Positions 36,399 through 45,693 of a stretch of DNA of 64,000 nt are shown here, piece by piece. Numbering within the stretch: position 1 is the first letter of the stretch; each line of letters opens with the position of its first letter. Source of the stretch: an uncultured Acidobacteriaceae bacterium. Lineage in GTDB: Bacteria; Acidobacteriota; Terriglobia; Terriglobales; Acidobacteriaceae. The position numbers and the translations under genes are program-made. The notes under the pieces were generated by a model. That model saw nothing but the letters and a program-made list of their open reading frames with translations. It did not search any database and had not been told where the DNA came from. The stretch spans positions 43,284 to 107,283 of the forward strand of contig CAIVDV010000045.1 of NCBI GenBank assembly GCA_903904755.1, given 5' to 3'.

Positions 36399-37469
36399 TT
36401 ACCAGGGCTGGTGAGGGGAGACGCGCCCGCCGTGGGTGTCCTTCCAGGCCTGAAGCATCAGGCGGATAAGTGTTTCCGTTTGGGCCACCTGAAGGCGACG
36501 GCCAGGTAGAGAGCTCCAGCGATTTCGGAGCCAGCGAAGGCTGTACAGGCAAAGTTCCAGCGCGGCGGCGGTCCATACGACCGCCCCATGCCATTTCCGA
36601 TAGTAAAGGAGGGTGCTGCGCATGCGCCAGAGAACGACCTGGGAGGATGCGCGTGAGGAATCGGATTGGGAGATGGATTGGGTGCTTTGCCCGCCGAGAT
36701 GGACTACGGATAGGTCGGGCCAGAATCGTACGAGGAAACCGGCGTTGCGGGCGCGCCTGCAGAGGTCGACCTCTTCGAGGTAGAAGAAGAAGCGAGGATC
36801 GAAGCCGCCGATGGTTTCAAGGCATGTGCGGCTGATGAGGAGAAATGCGCCGGGAAGCCAGTCAACGTCAGTAGGGCCGGTGACCTGCGCCCATTTTCGA
36901 TCGATGCCGCCGAAGAGTTTGCCCCAGAGAATGGAATTCGGGTGGGCTTCGGCAAGTCCAGTGCGGACCATGGCATCGCCCCAGATGGAGTGAAACTGGC
37001 GGGCGGAGGGTTGGCGGAGGCCGTCTGCACCGACCTGCTGGACCCCGCCGATGCCGATGCGGGGGAAGTCCTGCATGCGGGCGAGGAGGGTGGAGAGGAT
37101 GCCGGGAGCGAGGAAGGCGTCGGAGTTGAGCAGGAGGAGGTAACGTCCCCGGGCCTGGGCGAGGGCGGCATTGTTTGCCGGGCCGAAGCCGAGATTGAGG
37201 CTGGAGCGGCAGAGGCGGACGGATGGGAAGTGCTCAAGAATGATTTCGCAGGAGGCGTCGGCGGAGTTGTTGTCGACGACCAGAATCTCGCCGAATCCGA
37301 GGCCGTTGGCCGGGAGGGTTTCAATCTCAGTCTGGACGGTTGCGAGGCACTTGCGGAGGAGGTCCGGAACCTTGTAGGAGACGATGACGACGGAGAGGAT
37401 CGGCGGGGAGGAGTCGGGGGAGGAGAGGGCCGTTCCATTTTGCAGCCAGTCGAGTTGGGGAGCGGTCAT
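36399..37469 (-). CDS. Family 2 glycosyltransferase
   Basis: LSVVIVSYKVPDLLRKCL...VVDNNSADAS...LLNSDAF. Start at the complement of 37467-37469 (MTAPQLDW), giving an ATGA overlap with the upstream GT4. Confidence 0.85.
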   Translation of the reverse strand: MTAPQLDWLQNGTALSSPDSSPPILSVVIVSYKVPDLLRKCLATVQTEIETLPANGLGFGEILVVDNNSADASCEIILEHFPSVRLCRSSLNLGFGPANNAALAQARGRYLLLLNSDAFLAPGILSTLLARMQDFPRIGIGGVQQVGADGLRQPSARQFHSIWGDAMVRTGLAEAHPNSILWGKLFGGIDRKWAQVTGPTDVDWLPGAFLLISRTCLETIGGFDPRFFFYLEEVDLCRRARNAGFLVRFWPDLSVVHLGGQSTQSISQSDSSRASSQVVLWRMRSTLLYYRKWHGAVVWTAAALELCLYSLRWLRNRWSSLPGRRLQVAQTETLIRLMLQAWKDTHGGRVSPHQPW

Positions 37470-38773
37470 CGGCGCCGCTCCGCTCTTCGGGATTGGCTGG
37501 AGAGTTTGCAGAGGTCCGTGGCGAGAGGCTGGAGATTGACAGCGAGGTCGTACTGGGTTCGGACGGTTTGAATGGCTGCGTCGGCGATGGTTGCGCAAAG
37601 GCTGGGGGTGGAGATGAGGCGCTGGAGGGCGAGGAAGAGGGCATCCGGGTCGCCAGAGGGGACCAGGAGACCGGTTTGGCCGTCGCGGATAAGCTCCGGA
37701 ATTCCCGCAGTGAAGGTGGAGATGCAGGGGACGCCGAGGGCCATGGCTTCCATGAGGGAGACGGGGAGCCCCTCATGAAAGGAGGGAAGGAGAAAGATAT
37801 CTGCGGCGGCCACGCGCTGAAGCGTGTGCTGGTGGGAGAGGGGACCGGTCCACTCGATGGAATCTGCGATGCCGAGTTGGGAAGCCAGGTTCTGGAGGAC
37901 CGCGAGTTCCGGGCCGCCGCCGATGAGGGTGAGGCGGGGCGATGGGAAGCCCGAGGAGAGGCTGGCCCGGAGGAGAGCGAAGGACTGGAAGAGGATGCGA
38001 TGGCCCTTGAAGGGGACGAGTCGGGCGGTGCAAACGAGTTGAAGGGGGGTGGGGGTTTTACGAGAGGAGCTGGCGCGAAGGGCCTGGAGGGCCGCAAATT
38101 GAACGCCGAGGCGGCGGATCTGGATTTTGTCAGCGGATTGGGGGGCGATACGAAGGACCTGGCTGCGGGTGTAGTCGCTGATGACGAAGATGGCTGAGGC
38201 GGCGAGGAACTTGGCCTGGAGGAAGAAGCGAGCCTCATCGAGGAATTCGTCGGGGCCGTGAAGCGTCAGCGACCATGGGAGATCCCAGGCTTGCGAGGTG
38301 AGAAGTCCGACGGTGGCGACGGGGCCGCCGAAGTGAACGTGGAGGTGCCGGAGGTTGGAGCGGTGCATCCAGTGGCCGACGAGAAGGGCCTCTGCAAGGT
38401 AGGCGAGGAGGAGAAGGAGGCTGTTGCCGGAAGGCTGACGGCGGAGGCGGAGGACGGCAAGGAAGCCGCGCATGGCGACTGTGGGGTGTGTGGCAAGGAT
38501 GAGGAGCAGGGAGGAGAGCGGAGTGAGCAGGCCTTTGCCTTTGAGGTAGTGGGTGGCCTGGGCCTCAGTCCGCTCTTCGGGGCTGAGGTCGGAGTAGGGA
38601 CGGTCAGCTGGATTAATGGAGGTGACGGAGATGGAAAGACCGAGAGCGCGGAGGCCGAGGATCTCGCGGAGGAAGAAGGTGTGCGAGACAGCGGGATAGC
38701 GACTGAGGAGGTAGGCGACGTTCCCGGTGAGGGGGGCGTGGGGAGTTTCCGGGTTGTTGGTGGCCGAACACAA
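37466..38773 (-). CDS. GT-B (family 4-like) glycosyltransferase
   Basis: N-terminus VAYLLSRYPAVSHTFFLREI, and a C-terminal EGLPVSLMEAMALGVPCIST...GIPELI..G.TGLLV motif of the GT4/GT1 retaining enzymes. Confidence 0.85.
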   Translation of the reverse strand: MCSATNNPETPHAPLTGNVAYLLSRYPAVSHTFFLREILGLRALGLSISVTSINPADRPYSDLSPEERTEAQATHYLKGKGLLTPLSSLLLILATHPTVAMRGFLAVLRLRRQPSGNSLLLLLAYLAEALLVGHWMHRSNLRHLHVHFGGPVATVGLLTSQAWDLPWSLTLHGPDEFLDEARFFLQAKFLAASAIFVISDYTRSQVLRIAPQSADKIQIRRLGVQFAALQALRASSSRKTPTPLQLVCTARLVPFKGHRILFQSFALLRASLSSGFPSPRLTLIGGGPELAVLQNLASQLGIADSIEWTGPLSHQHTLQRVAAADIFLLPSFHEGLPVSLMEAMALGVPCISTFTAGIPELIRDGQTGLLVPSGDPDALFLALQRLISTPSLCATIADAAIQTVRTQYDLAVNLQPLATDLCKLSSQSRRAERRR

Positions 38774-39380
38774 AGCACCTTAAGTATAGAGGGAGAGGGA
38801 AGAAGTGAGGAGCGGAGCGGACGGCAAGGGGCAGGGAAGTCTGATTGACCAATGCGGGTTGGTGGCGGGTGAATATGTGTTTCGGAGAGTGGTGGAACGA
38901 AAGTAAGCGGGGTTGCCGGGAGGATAGTGTCCTGAGGTAATCGGGGTTGGCGGGGTAGGGTAACCGAGGCTAGTTACTCTAGTGGAATTCTTTCAAAAAG
39001 TGCTGCAAACCACTCAAAAATAAGAGATTTCGGGTACACTGTACTCTCTCGTATGAAAGTAATGTGGCATCAGTCTACGACTAATGCGTGATTGTTCGAT
39101 GAGGGAAGAGCGGTTTACTTTCACACCTGAGACAAGGTGCATATTTCCCGGAACAGGGTAGTTGGAAGACCTTCGAGGGAAACGGGAATTGCGAACTACC
39201 GGGGCTTGCGAGTGATTCACGCCCGGCTGATTTGCCGTCAGATCCCGCAGCCAGCAGCGTCTCAAACGAATCGGAACCACCCGCTTGAGTAACCAGTGGA
39301 GAGGCCCAGGAAGGATTGGGTCAAGAGACTGCGAAAGAGAGGGGGACGAGATCGATGAGATTGGAGCGGATACCAGAGTG

Positions 39381-40514
39381 ATGAAATTGCCAGTTGCAGT
39401 CCTTGGTTTGCCTCTCGCGAGTGTGACGATCGGCCAGGCGGTCGAACGTGTTGAGGAGATGATTGCCCAGGAGGGTACGCACCAGGTGGTGACGGCGAAC
39501 CTGGATTTCTGGCTGAAGTCGAATTCTGATCCACATCTGCACCGGATTATTGCGGGTTGCGACATGGTGGTTGCGGACGGGATGCCGCTGGTGTGGGCGT
39601 CAAAGTTTCTCGGGGCACCGCTTCCCGAACGAGTGACCGGTGTAGACATGGTTCCGCATCTGATGGAACTGTCGGCGAAGAAGGGCTACCGGATTTTCCT
39701 GCTGGGAGGCGGGAAGGGAATTGCGGCCGCGACGAAGGAAATGTTTGAGCGAAAGTACCCGGGGGTTCAGATTTGCGGGGTGTTCGCGCCGCCTTTTTCC
39801 GATTTGCGGGAGATGGATCACTCGGAGATTCTGGACCAGGTGAGGGCCGCGAAGCCGCATATTCTCCTGGTAGGTTTTGGGAATCCGAAGCAGGAGAAGT
39901 GGATTTGGATGCATCGGCGCCAATTGGGTGTCCCGGTTTCGATGGGAATTGGCGGATCGATGGATATTTTGCTGGGGCGGGTTCGGCGAGCGCCGGAATG
40001 GATGCAGCGCAGCGGGCTGGAATGGTTTATGCGGATGATGCAGGAGCCGAGACGGCTGGCGCCGAGGTATTTCGGGAATTTTTTGGGAGTGATGGCCCGC
40101 TTCCCGCTGGCACTGGCGGCGACTGTATTGCAGCGGCGTTATGAAGGGCCGACGACGACTTCGCGCACGAACGATTCGAACTTTCTGCATTTGCACATTG
40201 CCGGCGAGATCACGGAGAAGATTCAACCGGTGATTGACCGTGCGGTGGAAGAGTGCCTGGCGGATGCCCGGATGCTGTGCATGCATCTGGATAACGTAGT
40301 GCGAATTGACCCGGTCGGATTGGGGCTTCTGCTGGATGCCCGGCGGCGGTTGCATGAGGCGGGACTTTCGCTGCAGGCGGCTCATATTCCCAATCGGCTG
40401 AGGTTCCAGTTTTTTGCGTGGTGCACGTGGCCGCTGATTGATGAACTTACAGTGCGGACGATGCCGGCGGCAGGCAAGCGGGTGCAGCCGATTATGCAGG
40501 GCAGCAAGAACTGA
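39381..40514 (+). CDS. WecB/TagA/CpsF-family glycosyltransferase fused to a C-terminal STAS-like domain
   Basis: TagA-type core (THQVVTANLDF...DMVVADGMPLVWASK...GYRIFLLGG...LLVGFGNPKQEKW...GIGGSMD). The C-terminal ~90 aa show the STAS pattern (LHIAGEIT...MLCMHLDNVVRIDPVGLGLLLDARRRLHEAGLSLQ). The ATG at 39381 lies inside the track ORF. Confidence 0.8.
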   Translation: MKLPVAVLGLPLASVTIGQAVERVEEMIAQEGTHQVVTANLDFWLKSNSDPHLHRIIAGCDMVVADGMPLVWASKFLGAPLPERVTGVDMVPHLMELSAKKGYRIFLLGGGKGIAAATKEMFERKYPGVQICGVFAPPFSDLREMDHSEILDQVRAAKPHILLVGFGNPKQEKWIWMHRRQLGVPVSMGIGGSMDILLGRVRRAPEWMQRSGLEWFMRMMQEPRRLAPRYFGNFLGVMARFPLALAATVLQRRYEGPTTTSRTNDSNFLHLHIAGEITEKIQPVIDRAVEECLADARMLCMHLDNVVRIDPVGLGLLLDARRRLHEAGLSLQAAHIPNRLRFQFFAWCTWPLIDELTVRTMPAAGKRVQPIMQGSKN

Positions 40515-41038
40515 GCAGGCATGGTGGATGCTTGCGTGCTACGCCCGCTTTGATATCCCCCTGAGACAAGTGAAAGAATGCCCGTCAAGGCGAGGTGCGC
40601 TCTTCTGATTGCGATTTTGGAGGAGACGGCCACTGCTTCGGGTTTTGGGTTGCGCGCTGGAATCCGGCGGTTGGTTGCAGTCTCTGGCGTTGGCAAAGTG
40701 TGGATTTGTCGCGATTTTCGTTGTCCCATCAACGATTTCGATGGATGGCATAAATTTATGCATTTTGGTTTGCCGGCGGGGTTACGGAGAGTGCGGGGAG
40801 CGTGTAGGTTGGAGTACAACAGATTCAAGAACAGTTGTGATGAGATGAAATTCAGGTTGGGCGATCGGGCGAGTGAAATGGCGCCGACAGCCTGCTGAAT
40901 GACGCCGGGAACGGGTCGGTTTGCCGGGTGGATTTCCCGATGCGGTTTTCCCGGACTGCCCTGAGGGTGGTGGCCTTGCAGGAGCGAGTAATGCGCCGGT
41001 GGCGGAGCCACGGCGAGTGAATTAGAGGTTTTACTTTT

Positions 41039-42232
41039 GTGCTGCTTGAATTGCTGGATGTTCTGAGGTATCTGCTCGGGTTCCTGGTTGTGATTGCCAC
41101 TGCTCCGGTGTTTCTGGAGTTGGTGTTGGCGCTTGCCGGGAATCTTTTTGGGGGGATGGGGGGCGGTTCCGGGCAGGCGGCAGGTGGGAATGAGCTGAGG
41201 CTTGCGGTGGTGGTGCCTGCCCATAATGAAGAAATTCTGGTTGCGCGAGCTGTAGAGAGTGTGAAGGCACAAGCTGCGACTGTTCCCGTGTATGTGGTGG
41301 CGCACAACTGCACGGACGGAACCGCGATGGCGGCGGCCGAAGCGGGCGGATTGGTGCTGGGGCTGGATGACGCAGGATTGCGGGGCAAGGCGGCGGCACT
41401 GAGGCATGGATTTGCGGTGGCCGTTGGTGACGGGGCGGATGTTTGCCTGGTGCTGGACGCGGACTCGGTGGCGTGTGATGGGTGGGTGGCCGCGACCCGG
41501 GTCGCATTTGGCAGGGGAGCGAGAGCGACGCAATGCCGGTATGAGCAGCGAGCTGGGGAAGGGCGGACTGCGGACAAAGGCGGACGGCTGCGAATATTGG
41601 CGTTTCGAGGGATGAATGTGCTGCGGGCCCGGGGCCGGGCGGCGCTGGGATTTTCGCCAGGAATTTTTGGAAGCGGGTTTGCGCTATCCAGCACTACTCT
41701 GCGTGAGGTTCCATTCGACGGGGATGGAATTGTGGAGGACCTTGAATATCACGTTCGCCTGGTGGCCGCAGGGATGTGTGTGAGCTGGCTGGACGGGGCG
41801 CGGGTGTATGCGGATTTGGCACCAGGGGGAGCGGCGCAGGCGGATCAGCAGGCGCGATGGGAAGGAGGGCGATTGGCTGCGGCTCATGAGGCGTCGAGCG
41901 CGCTGGTGCGTGCCGTGCTGAGAGGGCGCTGGCGTGCGCTGGAAACGCTGCTGGATCTTTGGAGTTTGCCGTTGAGCCGGGCCGTGGTGCTGGTGGTGCC
42001 TGGGTTGGCATTGCATGGTTTTCGTCTTTATGGCGCGGTGTGCCTGCTGGTGACCGGGGGGTACCTTGCTGGGGTGATTGCGCTGGGAACGGAGCCAGGC
42101 AGGGATTTGCTGGCATTGATAGCGGCGCCGATGTTTGTTCTGCGCAAGGTGATACAGACGGGAAGAATGATCCGCATGGCCGGCAGGGATGCCGAATGGG
42201 TGCGGACAAAGCGGGAGCAGCCGCAGCGATGA
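41039..42232 (+). CDS. Membrane family 2 glycosyltransferase
   Basis: N-terminal TM, then LAVVVPAHNEE...VVAHNCTDGT...LVLDADSV and C-terminal TM helices. GTG start as in the track. Confidence 0.75.
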   Translation: MLLELLDVLRYLLGFLVVIATAPVFLELVLALAGNLFGGMGGGSGQAAGGNELRLAVVVPAHNEEILVARAVESVKAQAATVPVYVVAHNCTDGTAMAAAEAGGLVLGLDDAGLRGKAAALRHGFAVAVGDGADVCLVLDADSVACDGWVAATRVAFGRGARATQCRYEQRAGEGRTADKGGRLRILAFRGMNVLRARGRAALGFSPGIFGSGFALSSTTLREVPFDGDGIVEDLEYHVRLVAAGMCVSWLDGARVYADLAPGGAAQADQQARWEGGRLAAAHEASSALVRAVLRGRWRALETLLDLWSLPLSRAVVLVVPGLALHGFRLYGAVCLLVTGGYLAGVIALGTEPGRDLLALIAAPMFVLRKVIQTGRMIRMAGRDAEWVRTKREQPQR

Positions 42233-43866
42233 CGATGCGAGATGACGAGAGTATCGAGCGGCTGGAGCCTGAGGGTGAGCCCCAGGTACACGCAATTCCG
42301 TTGCGGCGGAACGTGCTGACGACGATTTTTGCGCGTGGGCTGTACATGGTGACGCGGGTGGGGATTCCGCCGTTTGTGCTGGGCCGGATTGGTTTGGAGG
42401 CCTACGGGATATGGACGACGGTCTTCATTCTGGTGACGTATCTGGGGCTGACGACGCTGGGCATTTCAAATGTTTACATCAAATATGTTGCGGAGTTCCA
42501 TGCCCGGAAGGAGTACGACAAGGCGAACTCGCTGCTGTCGACGGGGCTGGCGATTACGGTGCCCGCCTGCACGGTGTTGTTCCTGACAATCTGGCTGGGC
42601 TGGGGTTGGTTTTCGCCGATCCTGCACCTGCCGGTGAGCCATGTCGGGGACGGCAAGGAAGCCGTGTTGATTGTGGCAGGGGTGTTTTTGTCGTCGATTG
42701 CGTTCAATGCATTTGGAGATGCGCTGACGGGGATGCAGCAGATTGCGGCGACGCAGTATGTTTGGACGGCGAGTTTTCTGGTGGAGTTTGTGCTGATTTT
42801 TGTGCTGGTGGGAGCCGGGCGAGGGATTCGCGGCCTGGCGGAGGCGTACCTGGTACGGACGGTGATCAACGATGGGTTGACGCTGTGGTGGGCTTACAGG
42901 AAGCTGCCGTGGCTGCGGCTGTCGTGGCGGCTGGTGCGTCGGGATTCGATTCGGCATGTTCTGCATTTTGGCGGGCTGGTGCAGTTCCAGGGGCTTCTTT
43001 CGACGGTGCTGAGCTCGGTTGAGCGGGTGGCGGCACTGTTGCTGGTGAATGTGAGCGCGGCTGGTCTGCTGGATTTGGCAAGGAAGTGGCCGGTGTCGCT
43101 TTCCAGCGTGCCAACAGCATTCTTTGCAGCATTTCTGCCGGCGGCGTCGCATCTGGATGCTTCGTCGGATGAGGAATCGCGGCTACGGAATCTGAGGGAG
43201 TTTTACCTGCAGGGAGCGCGGTATTCGAATTTGTGCACGTCGTTTTTCTGCGCGGTGATGGTTTTCTGGTCGGGGCCGATTCTGCATATCTGGCTGGGGG
43301 AACAGATGCCGGCCGTGGGGGGGATTCTGACGCTGTTTGTGGCGTTCAGCGTGTCGATGCAGTTCCATATGCTGACGGGGCCGGGCACATCAATTATGCG
43401 GGGTATGGGCCGGGTGTGGGAGGAGTTCAGCTATTCGGTGCCGAACCTGATTTTTCTGGCGGTCACGCTGCCGGTCTCCTGGTGGTTTGTCAAGGGATGG
43501 AGTGCGCTGGGGATTGGGATAGCGGTGGCGGCTGCCACGGTGTGCTCATCGTGTGTACTGATGGGCCGGGTGATGCGGGTGCTGCATGTTCCGCTGGGAG
43601 CGTTCCTGGGGCGGGTGATTGCGCCGACGCTGCTGCCGTATGGGGTGGCATTGGTGCTGGCATGGCCGGTGCACCACTCGGCGGCTGCTCTTGGGCGTTG
43701 GACAGGTGCGGGAATGCTGGTGGTGGCTGGAGCGGTTTATACCGTGCTAACGGTGACGGTGCTGTATCGACTGGCCCTGGGGAACGAAGAGCGGCGGGTC
43801 CTGTGGCATGAATTGCGTCCGCTGCTGGGGCGGGTGATGCCGGCAAGCGGGCGGACCGGAAGCTGA
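42229..43866 (+). CDS. Polysaccharide/oligosaccharide flippase (MOP/Wzx-like)
   Basis: About 12 predicted TM helices, N-terminus NVLTTIFARGLYMVTRVGIPPFVLGRIGLEAYGIWT. The ATG at 42229 forms an ATGA overlap with the preceding GT2. Confidence 0.8.
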   Translation: MTMRDDESIERLEPEGEPQVHAIPLRRNVLTTIFARGLYMVTRVGIPPFVLGRIGLEAYGIWTTVFILVTYLGLTTLGISNVYIKYVAEFHARKEYDKANSLLSTGLAITVPACTVLFLTIWLGWGWFSPILHLPVSHVGDGKEAVLIVAGVFLSSIAFNAFGDALTGMQQIAATQYVWTASFLVEFVLIFVLVGAGRGIRGLAEAYLVRTVINDGLTLWWAYRKLPWLRLSWRLVRRDSIRHVLHFGGLVQFQGLLSTVLSSVERVAALLLVNVSAAGLLDLARKWPVSLSSVPTAFFAAFLPAASHLDASSDEESRLRNLREFYLQGARYSNLCTSFFCAVMVFWSGPILHIWLGEQMPAVGGILTLFVAFSVSMQFHMLTGPGTSIMRGMGRVWEEFSYSVPNLIFLAVTLPVSWWFVKGWSALGIGIAVAAATVCSSCVLMGRVMRVLHVPLGAFLGRVIAPTLLPYGVALVLAWPVHHSAAALGRWTGAGMLVVAGAVYTVLTVTVLYRLALGNEERRVLWHELRPLLGRVMPASGRTGS

Positions 43867-44031
43867 GGGGAGCTCAGCCCAGACTGCTGAGAACGGTCAA
43901 GGAGCCAGAAATCGGCGTCCCTCAGGGGCTAAAGCCCGCTTTTTCCAGGTGGCTTAGACGTAAGGGCTGAAGCCCGTACCCTTGACAAAGCAGAGGGAAC
44001 AGGGTTTTTCAGCGATCTGAGCTGAGGGAGT

Positions 44032-45408
44032 TCAGCCCTTTTCCATGGCACCTTCCCAGCGGGCGACGACGGCGGAGGCCATGCAGTTGCCGAGGACGTT
44101 CATGCTGGTGCGGCCCATGTCGATGAGGGTGTCGACGCCGAGAATCATGAGGATTGGGGCGGTGGGGATGTGGAGGCTACCGGCGGTGGCGAGCAGGATG
44201 ACGAGGACTGCGCGCGGGACTCCGGCGACTCCTTTGCTGGTGAGCAGGAGGGTGGCGAGCATGATGAGCTGCTGGCCAACGCCAAGATGGATTCCGGCGA
44301 CCTGGGCGGCGAAGACGGCGCCGATGGAGAGGTAGACGCTGGAGCCGGTCATGTTGAAGCTGTAGCCGGCGGGGATGACGAAGGAGACAATCCAGCGGGG
44401 GATGCCGAAGGCTTCCATTCGCTCCATGGCGAGGGGGAGAGCCGCCTCAGAGGTGGTGGTGGCGAAACCGATGGCGGTGGGTTCGGCGACGGCGGCGAGG
44501 AAGCGGCGGAGGGGGATGCCGGCCCAGACCAGGATGGGAAGCTGCACGGCGACGAGGAAGACAATGAGGGCCACATAGAAGGTGGCAACGAGCTTGAGCA
44601 GGGGGATGAGGGTGGCGACGCCGGTGGAGCCGACGGTGTAGGCGAGGGCTGCTCCGGCGGCGACGGGGGCAGCGTACATTACGATGCGGGTCATGCCGAG
44701 CATGGTGTCTGCGAGGGATTGCAGGATGCGGACGAGGGGTTCGCGTTTGGGCTCGGGCAGGCGGGCGAGGGCGATGCCGAAGGCGATGGAGAAGACTGCG
44801 ACCTGGAGGATCTGGTTTTGGGCGACGGCGAGAGCGATGTTTTCCGGGAAGATGTTGAGGATGAGCTGCTGCCAGCCGGGTTCTGAGACGAGTGGTGCGA
44901 TGGGTGCGGCGGCGGTGACGGCGGGCATGGCGACGCCGACGCCGGCCTGGGAGATGTCAATGGCGAGGAGGCCGATGAGGAGGCCGAAGGTGGTGACGAC
45001 CTCAAAGTAGATGAGCGCCTTGACGGCGACGCGGCCGACGCCGCCGAGGTGGTTGTGGCCGGCGATGCCGGTGGTGATGGTGGCGAAGATGAGGGGCGCG
45101 ACGATGACGCGGATGAGGCGGAGGAAGAGGTCGCCGAGGAAGTGAGTCTGGATGGCGGCGTGGGGCAGGTCCATTCCGAAGATGACGCCGGCGACCATGG
45201 CGAAGAAGGTCCAGGCGAGCAGGGAGCGGCGGGCGAGCAGGAAGGGAATGGCGAGGGCGAGGCCGGACCAGCGGAGGGCCGTGGCGACAAGCGCGAGGGC
45301 GGGGTTGCCGCTGAGGAGCAGGCCCACGGCAAGCAGCAGAAGGCTGAGTGCCGGCAGGATGCGGAGCTGGAACGAGTTGGCGGGCTTGGGAGTCGGCATG
45401 GGTTCCAA
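44032..45408 (-). CDS. Dicarboxylate/amino acid:cation symporter (DAACS, GltP/DctA-like)
   Basis: Family motifs TTSEAALPLAMERME and AGYSFNMTGSSVY, with a multi-TM architecture. Confidence 0.88.
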   Translation of the reverse strand: MEPMPTPKPANSFQLRILPALSLLLLAVGLLLSGNPALALVATALRWSGLALAIPFLLARRSLLAWTFFAMVAGVIFGMDLPHAAIQTHFLGDLFLRLIRVIVAPLIFATITTGIAGHNHLGGVGRVAVKALIYFEVVTTFGLLIGLLAIDISQAGVGVAMPAVTAAAPIAPLVSEPGWQQLILNIFPENIALAVAQNQILQVAVFSIAFGIALARLPEPKREPLVRILQSLADTMLGMTRIVMYAAPVAAGAALAYTVGSTGVATLIPLLKLVATFYVALIVFLVAVQLPILVWAGIPLRRFLAAVAEPTAIGFATTTSEAALPLAMERMEAFGIPRWIVSFVIPAGYSFNMTGSSVYLSIGAVFAAQVAGIHLGVGQQLIMLATLLLTSKGVAGVPRAVLVILLATAGSLHIPTAPILMILGVDTLIDMGRTSMNVLGNCMASAVVARWEGAMEKG

Positions 45409-45693
45409 CAGGATAGGCTACGCGGCGCGCACTCATCCAGACAGGGGCTTCCGTTGCTGTTTCCCGGATGGCGGGTCGGGGCTGTGACCAAAGTCATTCC
45501 CGAGTGCCGGGTTGGTGGATAGGCTGGTTTCGAGGCCGGGAAGGGATGGCCTGAATGCTGTTTCTCGCTTCCCACATTTCTTGATACATTGATGACGCTG
45601 AAGCTTTGGTCCCCCTGAAAGAGCGAGGGCAAGGGCTGGCGTACGACCTGAACGTTGTTTTGCGGTAGTGAATCCAGGTTTGAGGAACGCCAC

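Noticed and set aside
39014-39649. 211-aa minus-strand ORF in or next to the glycan-cluster gap.
   Set aside because: Half of it is antisense to the wecG-like gene start. It has no family features and atypical composition.
40578-40898. 106-aa and 79-aa + ORFs in the 40.5-41.0 kb gap.
   Set aside because: They are Cys/Arg/Gly-rich and overlap each other in different frames, with no RBS or family features. I treat the region as non-coding, at low certainty.
41959-42228. Upstream 90-codon extension of the flippase ORF.
   Set aside because: It overlaps the end of the preceding GT2 gene in another frame. The ATG at 42229 gives the common ATGA stop/start overlap and a sensible N-terminus.
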